DNA of 44,784 nt from assembly GCA_002633005.1 (NCBI GenBank), contig NMRA01000252.1:531809-576592 (forward strand), given 5' to 3'. Both the position numbers and the translations under genes were made by a program. Each line of letters starts with the position of its first letter. Position 1 is the stretch's first letter. A model generated the notes under the pieces. That model was not told the DNA's origin. It ran no database searches and saw nothing but the letters and a program-made list of their open reading frames with translations. Of this stretch, positions 22,056 through 32,905 are shown piece after piece. This DNA comes from Phoronis australis (Eukaryota; Animalia; Phoronida).

Positions 22056-23822
22056 TTAACGGTTTGAACTCTTGGATCTCACGCAGGAAGCCCTGATTTA
22101 AGTCTTGGTGTCAACAGTTCCAGACCATACACTCACGACATTATGCTGTAGACGCCCCTCCATTGAATCATTGAGCCTCTATTAGCCATTTGCTAATGGG
22201 CAATTGAATATTAGCTGATGGGTTAACAGTTTGATGGGGACTTCTGGTTCCGTTCCCAGGTTGGGAAATCTCGGCTGAGGAGTCGCAGTTTTTATGGAGG
22301 TCACTCCATATCGGCTACCGCAAATGAACACCTCGTAAAAACAGTGAATGCATGAATAAGAAGAGCCTAATTGGTATGAGTAGTACATTTTTGGAATCAC
22401 CACGATCACAATCGTGAGAGGATTCAGAAAATTTACTATCAAGTATGTATGTTAATGGAGTCAGATTGTAAACAATAACCTGGGTAAGTACAGGGAGATT
22501 TGAATGTCGCTGTGTAATCCAGGACACCCTTAATGGACGTAATGCCCTTGCTGTCAATGTGGTTAGAAAAGACTCAAGTCTCAATAATATTTACAACAAT
22601 AGTGAATAGTCTCAATATTAAGCTAGCAGATTGCCAACACGTATGATCACTGCAGTGTCCCATGCATTATTGCAATACTGGTGCCTAGGACCCAATCTCA
22701 AAAGAGTCAACTAAGTCAACAACAAATGTGTGAAACATAAACACAGGGAGTCTCCCATCATCGTCCATTGCCACTGACCAAGTCAATGCCAATGGACAAT
22801 GGACAATGTCCAAATGTGTCCTGATGTAAACAACAAATTGACCGACTTCTGATCAAAAAACAAATCTTATTTTTTTTGAAATCAAACAACGTAGTTTTGA
22901 GTATTGATATTGTCGTGTACCTACAATTATTCCAGAATTCGAACTTGTATCAGCGAGAATTAATATTAAAAAACAATTCCTTTCGGACGACCCGCATTGA
23001 AAACGAAATAAATCTTATAGTGCGAAATTTCATTTTAACAGGTGACCTTTAGAGACGATTAATTTTTGGTCAACTAAAAATTTAAATAGTGAGAGGAGCA
23101 ATATTTATGTTATAATGTAATAAAAATTTGAAAACAAACAAAACAACTCAGCACCAGTAATTTTTAAAACTTGCGACAAAGCTGTTATAACGATCCCACA
23201 ATTCCGTTTACCTAACGGCCATCTTGGATCTGATTCATCTGTCTCTTCCTGATTACAGCAGTGAGAGTTGCTTGTATTTGACACCAGCGTTGACCTTGTT
23301 CCTGATGTAGCAATGAGTTGGGGAACAGAACTGTGGGTACGTATACTATATCCTGGTTTCTTGGTAACATTCTCTGAGATGTGGTGTTCACATTTAGTTG
23401 TGTCTGACGTGATGGGACTTCCCATTTTTGTCAGGTCGATGACGATGGACCTTGATGTGGATGCGTGTCTCCACTATGATTTTAGAATTATTAGATTATG
23501 TGTGTCTTTAGCTAGCCAATAAATCACTCTAGCCATCATGAAATGGAGGGGAATTTCGTATATGAAACACTGCTAACCGTTAAGCATCTGAACTTCAACT
23601 TCCTCCTAGTCGAATATGTAGAAAAATTCATTCACCCTGGAACTTGAACCCTGGTTGGTCATGGGAGAGGGAAGCACTTAAACCGTTCATCCAAGAGATA
23701 ACTGCTGCTTGGTGAACGACTTCAAGAGGCTTTGTTTGGCTGTCCGTCACAACCGGAAATCAGGTGCCACAACAAATAAAATAGGGACGTGTGGCTGATC
23801 AATTTGGTAGACAGTAACCACC

Positions 23823-24757
23823 TAGGCAATGACCATCGCCTCTATTGGCCCGAACCAGAGGCGATGCAGAGGCTATAGGCGCTCTGTACGCCGGAAGCTT
23901 TTCGACGAATTATGCCTCGCACCGACTAAACCATCAAAGTCACGTTGTTATAAATACCTTTTGCGCATAGAGGAACACCTTAGGAGGTTGTCGATGTGTT
24001 TAATTCCTTCTAACTTGAACAAATACTCCCGTTATGAAACTTTTTCTTCGAGCAGTCCCTATTTCAGTTCCCAAAATCGTGAAATCAACATATTCATTTT
24101 TTTAACCAGGCCGAAGGTCAGAAGTTGCGGACCTACCGGCGAACTTTGAAAGCTGATGTTCCCGCCCTTCGCGTACGTGCTGCCGGGAACCAGCCGTGCA
24201 TTTGCCATGTTGTTAAACATTAAAATGTCAAATATGTGCACAAAGACTATTAAATGTCATATTAACAGCATTTATTTTTATCAAATACAAACAATAATTT
24301 ATTGAAATACAATCAGTTTCAAGTAACGCCAATTAAAGACAAGTATTTAAGTGATGGCATTTTCATTGGAAACGAACATTTGACTGACAAGACCGCAATG
24401 GCTCACCTTTGGCCTATTTAAAGATTAAGGTCATGAAGTCACATCACTTAGCGAGCGCGGTAAAAATTGGAGTGTGCGCAGTATAAAATTGGTGAGTTCA
24501 CGATTTTTGGAACTGAAATAGGGACTGCTCGAAGAAAAAGTTTGATAATGGGAGTATTTGTTCGAGTTGGAAGGAATTAAACACATCGACAACCTCCTCA
24601 GGTGTTCCTCTATGCGCAAAAGGTATTTATAACAACCTGACTTTGATGGTTTAGTCGGTGCGAGGCATAATTCGCGGAAAAGCTTCCGGCGTACAGAGCG
24701 CCTATAGCCTCTGCATCGCCTCTGGTTCGGGCCAACAGAGGCGATGGTCATTGCCTA
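23823..24757. mobile_element. non-autonomous element with about 265-bp TIRs and a 9-bp TSD (MULE- or hAT19-like)
   Basis: TIRs start taggcaatgaccatcgcctct. Perfect direct repeat GTAACCACC at 23814-23822 and 24758-24766. The twin 106-aa ORFs on opposite strands are just the TIRs. Confidence 0.9.
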
Positions 24758-24766
24758 GTAACCACC

Positions 24767-25550
24767 TATAGGCGCTCTGTACGCCGGAAGCTTTTCAGCA
24801 AATTATGCCTCACACGGACTGAAACATCAAAGTCACGTTGTTATAAATACATTTTGCACATAGTGGGACAACTGAGGAGCAAGCCTTTATCCAGGATTTT
24901 GAAAATAGGGTGTCCAAAATGGGGTTCCCAATATTCGAGGATGTCCATGATTCCGACACGTAACCCCCCACCCCCAGCAATACCCCCAAACACACAGATT
25001 TTTTACACAAAAATGCATAGATCAAGGTTTTTACCTCTAAGTTTATAAAACAGCCTTCTATGGTGAGCATTTTTACTAAAAAAACTGTGTAGACCAAGAC
25101 TTTTACAATGCTGTCAATCAAGTGTCAAAATAGCAACATATACAAAGTATATGCATTGTATATTTGTTCCTGCTTTGAAAAAAGAGCCCCACTGTGAGCC
25201 TTCAGAGGCTTCCTAGTACGCTGCATGAAGGCCTGCTGAGGAGGTCATTGATGTCTTTAATTCCATCGAACCCCAACAAAAACTCCTGTTAATGCACTTT
25301 TTCTTCAAGCAGTCCCTCGTTCAGCTCCCAAGATCGGTTTACTCTGCACATGCCCTGGGATATGACGTTATACCACCTGTCGTGCGCAGTGTTAAAAATG
25401 ATAAGTTTCCGATTTTGGATACTGAATGAGGGACTGCTTAACGAAAAAATTTGCTAACGGGAGTATTTCTTTGAGTTTGAAGAAATTAAATACATCGACA
25501 GCCTCTTAATGTGACCCTCTATGTGCAAAAGGTATCATAACAATGTGACT
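24767..25550. mobile_element. older, diverged copy of the same long-TIR family, interrupted by a hAT MITE
   Basis: 24767-24871 and 25236-25337 match the left TIR collinearly; 25410-25550 matches the right TIR. Confidence 0.8.
24880..25235. mobile_element. hAT-like MITE with 8-bp TSD
   Basis: TSD CTGAGGAG at 24872-24879 and 25236-25243. Imperfect TIR caagcctttatcc / gcatgaaggcctg. Confidence 0.85.
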
Positions 25551-26773
25551 TGGATAAGTTGGATGTTTCAGTGAGGTCTAATCACTTTGGATGCTCAACT
25601 TATGTAGCACTATTAAAGTATATGATGATTATAAAATACGCCCTGTTGCCTTCGCTTCCTGAAGTCAAGTCGCACTGTTTTTCCTCATTTTGTGGTCTAA
25701 CATTCAGCACTTGAGCTATGGAGGTCCTCTGATTGGCTCACTGTGGAGTGATGTTATCTTTTTTATAGCGTTTCGGTTAATCACAACATATAATTTATTG
25801 AGGTTCTTATTATTTGTGAAATTGTAATTGTAATAAAAAACATGGTTCATTGACTGAGAACTACCAAGTGGGCGTGGACAAGGTAAATGCTTTCTAAACT
25901 GATCTTTGCTGCTCACATGTCAAGTCAGTCAAATAGACTGTTTTTTGTATTTTCCATCTATGCTTTCACCTTAAACTGGTCAATACCTTTGATGTCACAA
26001 CTTTGAACAGAAGTGTTCCATCATTTTGCCATAGTCTGTACTTGTGTAACAATGTAACACCAACTGTACAAACTGAGCAAAAATTCCTGGTTGACTAACG
26101 CAAAACTGAGGTAGTCAACAACAGTGTCAGACCATACATGGCTGCCATTTTCCCCCGATTCATCTCAATTCCTGATGTCCACTTTCTGATTTCTCTAGTA
26201 AACACTCAGTTTGACCTAATTAGATTTGACAATTTGAAGTACAGGGGACTTTCATGCTTATTAGTGTTTAGTGAGGTGTCCAACCACGGCTATGGGGGTG
26301 ATGATATAGGGGTGATGATATTTATCTTGATCATTCCATTCTTTTATTAGGCTAGAGGATATTTTCAGTTGCCAAAAATCACCAAAATGAAAAGAAAAAA
26401 ATGGTTTTTAACAAACCAAGATGAGGAAGAAAAAGACCTCATCAACAAAAAATGTGGAGACTGTTCCTTTCAGGTTTTCACAGTCACTGAGTGAGGATCT
26501 TGAATATGTTTAGTAGGTAAAAGTATGTCTGGTGTAGTCCCATTATAGTGTAATATTTAGATGATGGTAGTTATGACAACAAGCTACAAGCCAAATTGTC
26601 ACATACCATAGATGCCTGACATGATTTTTTTTAGAAAAAATCTACATTGCACTTTTCAACTTAATTGTAACACATGAATTATTTGTGGACAAGTTTTTGA
26701 GGTGCTTTCTATGTGATGTGGTTTATATAAGATCTGAGGAGTGTTGCACAGGGCCAGGAGTGTATTTGTAAAA

Positions 26774-26905
26774 TAAGTCTTTGTGTTGACTCATGGAGTG
26801 TTGAGTATTGCAAAGATCTTGGGGTGTACATGTCAACTAAGTCTTTGTGTTGACTCATGGAGTGTTGAGTATTGCAAAGATCTTGGGGTGTACATGTCAA
26901 CTAAG
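26774..26905. repeat. 64-bp tandem duplication
   Basis: Direct reading, two identical copies. Confidence 0.9.
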
Positions 26906-28877
26906 TCTATGTTGATTGCTTGAGTTTGCCCTTGCTGAATGTTGTGAGGCCTCTCTAGACTATTGTTTATAATAGAAATCTGGTTGTGTGTTGGTCCACT
27001 ATGTGTTGTTGATCTAGGTGTGTGTGGATCCACTTGACTCAAGGTACTGTACCAATTGTTGCAGTCACTCATGTGGAACGGTAATGATCAATAGTATTTG
27101 TACACTTTCAATGGCTTGTACCCTAATGGCTCCTAACCATCATTGATAGTTATGTTGACTTGGCCTGAACACCATGTGTATAGTATTGATTATGGTGTTG
27201 TTCATGATCATCTGTGTCATATGGACCCTTAACCACTTGTGTCAATCCAGATAACTACATGACATGCAGTATGGTGCACTTTGTTAAACGTCACACAACA
27301 CTACTCAGATAACTGTATGACATGCATTATCATGCACTTTGTTAAACTTCATATAATACTACACCCCAGTGTAATACACAACACTAGTCAGATAACTATA
27401 TGACTTACATTACCCTGCACTTTGTCAAACTTGATACAATAGAACACCCTAGTGTAATACGCAACACCATGCAATCTCCGGTTTAAGTGGCGACAGGATT
27501 TCATCGAGAATTTTAAAAATAAGACTTTCAAAACGGATTTCTCAGTGCGACCATGACCAATAACACGTGACTGTGGGACCAACAGGTTGCGCTAGTGCAG
27601 CTTCCCCGTGGCATATAACAAAAGTTACCCTGCTTAGATTACATAAAGTTTTCACAAGAGGGGTAAGTTGCATTAGTTTAAATAGCATCCACGTGGCCAC
27701 CAAACCTAGTGACAAGTCGTTCTATAGCAAGCCTGTTTGTATATGGCACTTACGTCTTAAAAGTACCAGCTGGGTTTGGAAAGCCAATGCAGAAAAAATC
27801 CAGAATATAAAATTTTCCGTCCCGGCGTGTTAAATTTGGGTCCTGACGTGATAAGTCATAGGTTCCTGGTGCATTAAATTTTGGTTTTGAGTATATTCTT
27901 GGTCCTACAGAGAATTTAAATCTTGAGTACAAAATTTGTGTCCTGGAATTTTTTCTTCTTCGGCTTTCTATAGTTACGGGATGGAGTCATAAAATCACCT
28001 CACCCACCCAGAAGTTCAAGGTCGCCAAGTTTTGAAATAGTCTATAGCAGAAAGAAAGTCTGCATTTTCCGACAAGGCGACAGTTTTTAGTAGTTTATTT
28101 CACTACCAGGTATTGACTATACAGTTCTCCAGGGCGTCACTAGGTGGTGTTTTCTACAAATTTAAATGTCCAGTTTTAATGAGAAACAACATCTTTAACA
28201 TCATTAAAGATCTACTAGTCTACAAGATTGTGGTTTGTTCAATATTTTCATGTTTAGCCCCTCAAAAAGCGTACTAGTTTTATGTTATTGTCTGTCAGTT
28301 GATCTAAAATTGAGCTTACAATTTTAGGGTGGCTGTCAAATATTATGTATTTACAAATTCTATTTGAGGCCTCTAATTCTATGAAATAATTCAGATTGTC
28401 AAATTCTGTGAGTCTATTTTCCATCTGGTTTTCTAAGTTAGTACTCACTGTGTAATACACACAGTGTATACCAACAGTTATAGAGGGCAAGTGTGACTGG
28501 CCAACACTCAATCTCATCAAGTGTTTTACACTATGGTATCTCAAGTGGTCTTTTCTATTGTGCTGAGGGCTGTACTAGTTGTGTTATCTGTACAATTGTG
28601 TATGGCCCTGCAAGACAAACCACTTTAACAATGTCCCTGCAATATTGACCACTTTAACAATGTGTACCCCCAACCTATCTGATCCTTATATTTCTAAATA
28701 TGGAGCATAGCCCCAGAACTCCTTTTCCAGGTTCTTATTCATTCCCTTCCATCCAATCAGTATGAAGATTGAGCTCAGAGAAATAGGAGATGTTTGTGTG
28801 CTAAGCTGGATTGTTATCCTGTTAAAGCCAGGATTGTAACCTGGGCGTCCCAGAGGAGAGGTAGAAGCACAAAACAC

Positions 28878-29230
28878 TGAGCCACACAGTCTCCTCCTCT
28901 GACCCTTATTTGATACCCTGAGCTGCACAGTGTCGCCTCTGACCCTTATTTGATACCCTGAGCTGCACAGTGTCGCCTCTGACCCTTATTTGATACCCTG
29001 GGCTGCACAGTGTCTCCTCTGATCCTTATTTGATACCCTGAGCTGCACAGTGTCGCCTCTGACCCTTATTGGATACCCTGAGCTGCACAGTGTCGCCTCT
29101 GACCCTTATTTGATACCCTGAGCTGCACAGTGTCTCCTCTGACCCTTATTTGATACCCTGAGCTGCACAGTGTCTCCTCTGATCCTTATTTGATACCCTG
29201 AGCTGCACAGTGTCGCCTCTGACCCTTATT
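28878..29230. repeat. 40-bp minisatellite (gacccttatttgataccctgagctgcacagtgtcgcctct), at least 9 copies, running into an N gap
   Basis: gacccttatt (twice gatccttatt) recurs every 40 bp from 28901 to 29221. Confidence 0.95.
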
Positions 29231-30146
29231 NNNNNNNNNNNNNNNNNNNNNNNNNNNNNNNNNNNNNNNNNNNNNNNNNNNNNNNNNNNNNNNNNNNNNN
29301 NNNNNNNNNNNNNNNNNNNNNNNNNNNNNNNNNNNNNNNNNNNNNNNNNNNNNNNNNNNNNNNNNNNNNNNNNNNNNNNNNNNNNNNNNNNNNNNNNNNN
29401 NNNNNNNNNNNNNNNNNNNNNNNNNNNNNNNNNNNNNNNNNNNNNNNNNNNNNNNNNNNNNNNNNNNNNNNNNNNNNNNNNNNNNNNNNNNNNNNNNNNN
29501 NNNNNNNNNNNNNNNNNNNNNNNNNNNNNNNNNNNNNNNNNNNNNNNNNNNNNNNNNNNNNNNNNNNNNNNNNNNNNNNNNNNNNNNNNNNNNNNNNNNN
29601 NNNNNNNNNNNNNNNNNNNNNNNNNNNNNNNNNNNNNNNNNNNNNNNNNNNNNNNNNNNNNNNNNNNNNNNNNNNNNNNNNNNNNNNNNNNNNNNNNNNN
29701 NNNNNNNNNNNNNNNNNNNNNNNNNNNNNNNNNNNNNNNNNNNNNNNNNNNNNNNNNNNNNNNNNNNNNNNNNNNNNNNNNNNNNNNNNNNNNNNNNNNN
29801 NNNNNNNNNNNNNNNNNNNNNNNNNNNNNNNNNNNNNNNNNNNNNNNNNNNNNNNNNNNNNNNNNNNNNNNNNNNNNNNNNNNNNNNNNNNNNNNNNNNN
29901 NNNNNNNNNNNNNNNNNNNNNNNNNNNNNNNNNNNNNNNNNNNNNNNNNNNNNNNNNNNNNNNNNNNNNNNNNNNNNNNNNNNNNNNNNNNNNNNNNNNN
30001 NNNNNNNNNNNNNNNNNNNNNNNNNNNNNNNNNNNNNNNNNNNNNNNNNNNNNNNNNNNNNNNNNTTTCAATTTTGCCAATTTTCACATTTCCCGCCATG
30101 TGACGTCATGGGTTGAACACAAGAGATCAGTGACTAGCATTGAACA

Positions 30147-30415
30147 ATGGCGGAGACCAGGGAATTTGAAAGTGACGACGATTATGAGCAAGAATTGAAC
30201 GAATACTATGAAGAAACGTATGAAAATGGTGGCCAGGATGAGGAAATGGGGTTGCACGAAAGCGAGAACAAGTTTAATGTGCTTCCGGCTGCGTACTTTT
30301 CTACTTTGAACCTTATGAACTGGATCCTCCCGCGAGAGAAGCGGCCTCGGGCTCGGCGAGTCAACCCAGTCATCCAATAGACGATCATGAATTAAGAGCT
30401 GATGTTTCTGAATGA
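30147..30415 (+). pseudogene. N-terminal remnant of a KolX / P2X7-C-terminal-like (ZCD) protein, frameshifted
   Basis: Acidic MAETREFESDDDYEQE..., then in a shifted frame YFEPYELDPP...HELRADVSE*. This resembles the recalled PYxFEP...RxxxxxWC layout, with the W read as a stop. Confidence 0.5.
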
Positions 30416-30417
30416 TA

Positions 30418-30713
30418 AATATTGTCCTTTATTGAACCAGGCCTTCATCGTCTCCTGTGACTGGAGTCGAAACACGAGTCCTCAAAGTGGGCGGAACACA
30501 GAGTGGCCCCGGACCGAATCGCTTGGTCCACGATGACGTCCCACGATCGCCGCAGGAAGTCATGCCCCTTCTGCGCAACTTTGGTGTCCTTCGGAACACC
30601 GAGACGTTTTCCGCCTGGCTGCTGTTGCTGCAACCTCCGGAAACACATCTTTTGATCCCTCTACGAACCTTCTCGACGCTAAATGTACTTTGCATTCTCT
30701 TCACTCTATACAC
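30418..30713 (-). pseudogene. THAP zinc-finger remnant (frameshift and stop)
   Basis: RCVSGGCSN...VSVF / PKD....(W>G)..FLRR...LCSAHFEDSCF...RR*RPGSI/TIF gives the C2CH THAP motif and an AVPTIF-like box across frames. Confidence 0.85.
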
Positions 30714-32023
30714 TTTGTCTCTGATCCGAACGGTATGGCGAATGACTTGGGTTCAACCCATGACGTTGTACATAATTATTATTTTTTTTCAATTTTTGCG
30801 TGTTTATTTATGAGCTGTGCACTAAAGGCACTGAAATCAAGACATAATAATAAAATTTATTTTGAGGTACTAGAGTCATGTTGTGTACACTTTAAAACGT
30901 AATTTGGAATCAGAATTTCTGAACTCGGCGCATTCACACTAAGGCAGAAAGTACAGGAGTGGTGTTTCAATCCCCGGTGTCCTGTCGCATCCCCAGGGTT
31001 ATTCTTTAGAGGCTGGGGTTTGTGTTTCCCGGCCTGGTTAGCTGTTTTGAAGATGCTGCAGTCTTTTGACTGCAGAATGTCCGTTTTATAGTGGGGTTCC
31101 AATTTGGATGGGACACCTTGAATATATAATAGCCATGTTAATTATGGTTTGTTTTGAGTCCACCAATACTGTCTGTTTCTGTATAAGATCTGTGAATAAA
31201 AAATGTTCCAAACTGGAGAATTTCTTCGGTACTTAAAAGATGTGCCAGTGGCCGGCACCCACAAGCCCCACTGAGAGGCGCTCTGAAGTACAGCAGACCA
31301 CATGAGCTAACTTATTGAGCAGACATACTTCTGATTGAGTTGTTTACATATAAATGTAATTATCCTTAAAGCCGCACTTAATGAGCACAAGTCTACACTA
31401 TGTGAGTTTACTCAGTGGTTACAGTGTAAATAACTAAGTTGCCTGCATCTATTGATCCTCAGTTAGCTCTCCCTACTTAGTGATAGACCATGCTCAGGGC
31501 CATTTTTTGCCAGATAATTTCCATGGCAACCACAGTGCCTTTCATTTTATTTAAATGGACCTGTTAGGCCAATTGAACATGTGTCAGATAGTGTTCTGCT
31601 TGTTTTTATTTCGATTAATTGCTGCTGATAGTGAAAGTATTTAACTGGATATTGGGAGACTGTATTGCAGTATCTAATTGAATCAAAATGCAGATGTAAA
31701 CCTGCTTCAACCAAGTGTTCTTGTGCGCTGGTTCTCTGAGTCTGTTCTGTAGAAGTGAAGCAGTATTGTGCGCTGGTTCTCTGTGCCTGTCTTGTACCAA
31801 CTACTAAAATGAAAACCACTGGTAACGGGAAATGCTTGATGTCTTATTGGATAGTTTGAAAACTCATCCTGAGGCTGAATTAACTTCTTCATGTTTTATT
31901 TTCCACCTCTGTCAACTACACAAGTTGGCAAAATGCCAGCACATGAAACTCCTTGTATTCACTGTCTTATTCACAAGTTACGCAATGTGTGCACACTGAG
32001 CATGGGGCACAAAGCTTTAAAGT

Positions 32024-32636
32024 CAGTGGCGGATCTAGGATATCACAAGGGGGGGCCCAACATCTTGTCCGGCTATAAGCATTTGCGCAAACCACGATTG
32101 TAGATGCACATAGCACCGAATAGGGGGAGGTCGGGAGGGGGGTTTGCCCCCCCTCCCGCCCAGGAAATTTTTCTGTTTTTTCCTCTAAAAATCAAGCATT
32201 TTCCTTGATTTCTGATGTATTATCCAATAAAAAAAGAAAGAAAAACAGGAAAAATTGCGACTTTCACAGGCTCGAACTCAGGACCTGGCTGATAGGACGC
32301 GCGTGCTTTGCCACTACACCACCACGATTTCACTAATAAGTCTACACTAAAAGACCTACTTGGTTATGGTCCACAGCGTTTGTGCGCGAAACCTACTTCT
32401 TTTTGTAATGCTTATTACACGTTTTATATTTTGTGCGATCGGTTCTTAACAAATTTGTTGTATTTAAAATAGTCTTCAAATGCCCAAAAGACTAAATCCG
32501 TTTTTCGTGTTGGCAATAATGACGGGATTGCTTTGGAAATCATCTTAAGTTAAGGTTTGACAAAGTTTCTGAGTGATTCACTTAGGCTTCTATTAAAATT
32601 CACATCTTACCAGCAGCTTCCCTAAATCCGCCTATG
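32024..32636. mobile_element. hAT-like MITE containing a tRNA-like segment
   Basis: Imperfect 15-bp TIR cagtggcggatctag / ctaaatccgcctatg; no clean TSD. Confidence 0.6.
32266..32325 (-). other. tRNA-derived (SINE-head-like) fragment with Pol III A and B boxes
   Basis: The minus strand reads ggtggtgtagtggcaaagcacgcgcgtcctatcagccaggtcctgagttcgagcct: A box TGGTGTAGTGG, B box GAGTTCGAGCC, no intact cloverleaf. Confidence 0.6.
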
Positions 32637-32716
32637 CAAAGTAATTGAAGGAGTTATAATGAAGTTGGGAATGTTTGGCTTTATGTTGATATCACTATGT
32701 AGTGATGATAATGTAG

Positions 32717-32905
32717 GACTTTGTAGATGTTGTGCAATAAGCACTCTGGATATGACTTTGTAGATGTTCTGCAATAAGAACTCTGGATATGACTTTGTAG
32801 ATGTTGTGCAATAAGCACTCTGGATATGACTTTGTAGATGTTGTGCAATAAGCACTCTGGATAAGACTTTGTAGATGTTGTGCAATAAGCACTCTGGATA
32901 AGACT
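32717..32905. repeat. 37-bp minisatellite, 5 copies
   Basis: gactttgtagatgttgtgcaataagcactctggatat repeated. Confidence 0.93.

Larger units (their letters stand above)
30066..31118. mobile_element. internally deleted Kolobok-like transposon (left end lost in the gap)
   Basis: Convergent decayed ORFs (acidic KolX-like on +, THAP on -), each preceded by the same inverted 16-bp motif. Possible right end gggacacct|tgaa. Confidence 0.6.

Noticed and set aside
22921-23010. Candidate non-coding first exon or promoter of DAXX on the minus strand
   Set aside because: Only a weak donor (gtacac) and slight CpG enrichment; cannot be supported without transcripts.
23635-23693. Possible tRNA gene on the minus strand
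   Set aside because: Degenerate boxes and no consistent cloverleaf; at most a tRNA-derived repeat fragment.
23829-24751. Pair of near-identical 106-aa ORFs on opposite strands
   Set aside because: They are the two TIRs of one non-autonomous element; older copies do not preserve the frame.
29146-30103. ORFs of about 300 aa
   Set aside because: N gap.
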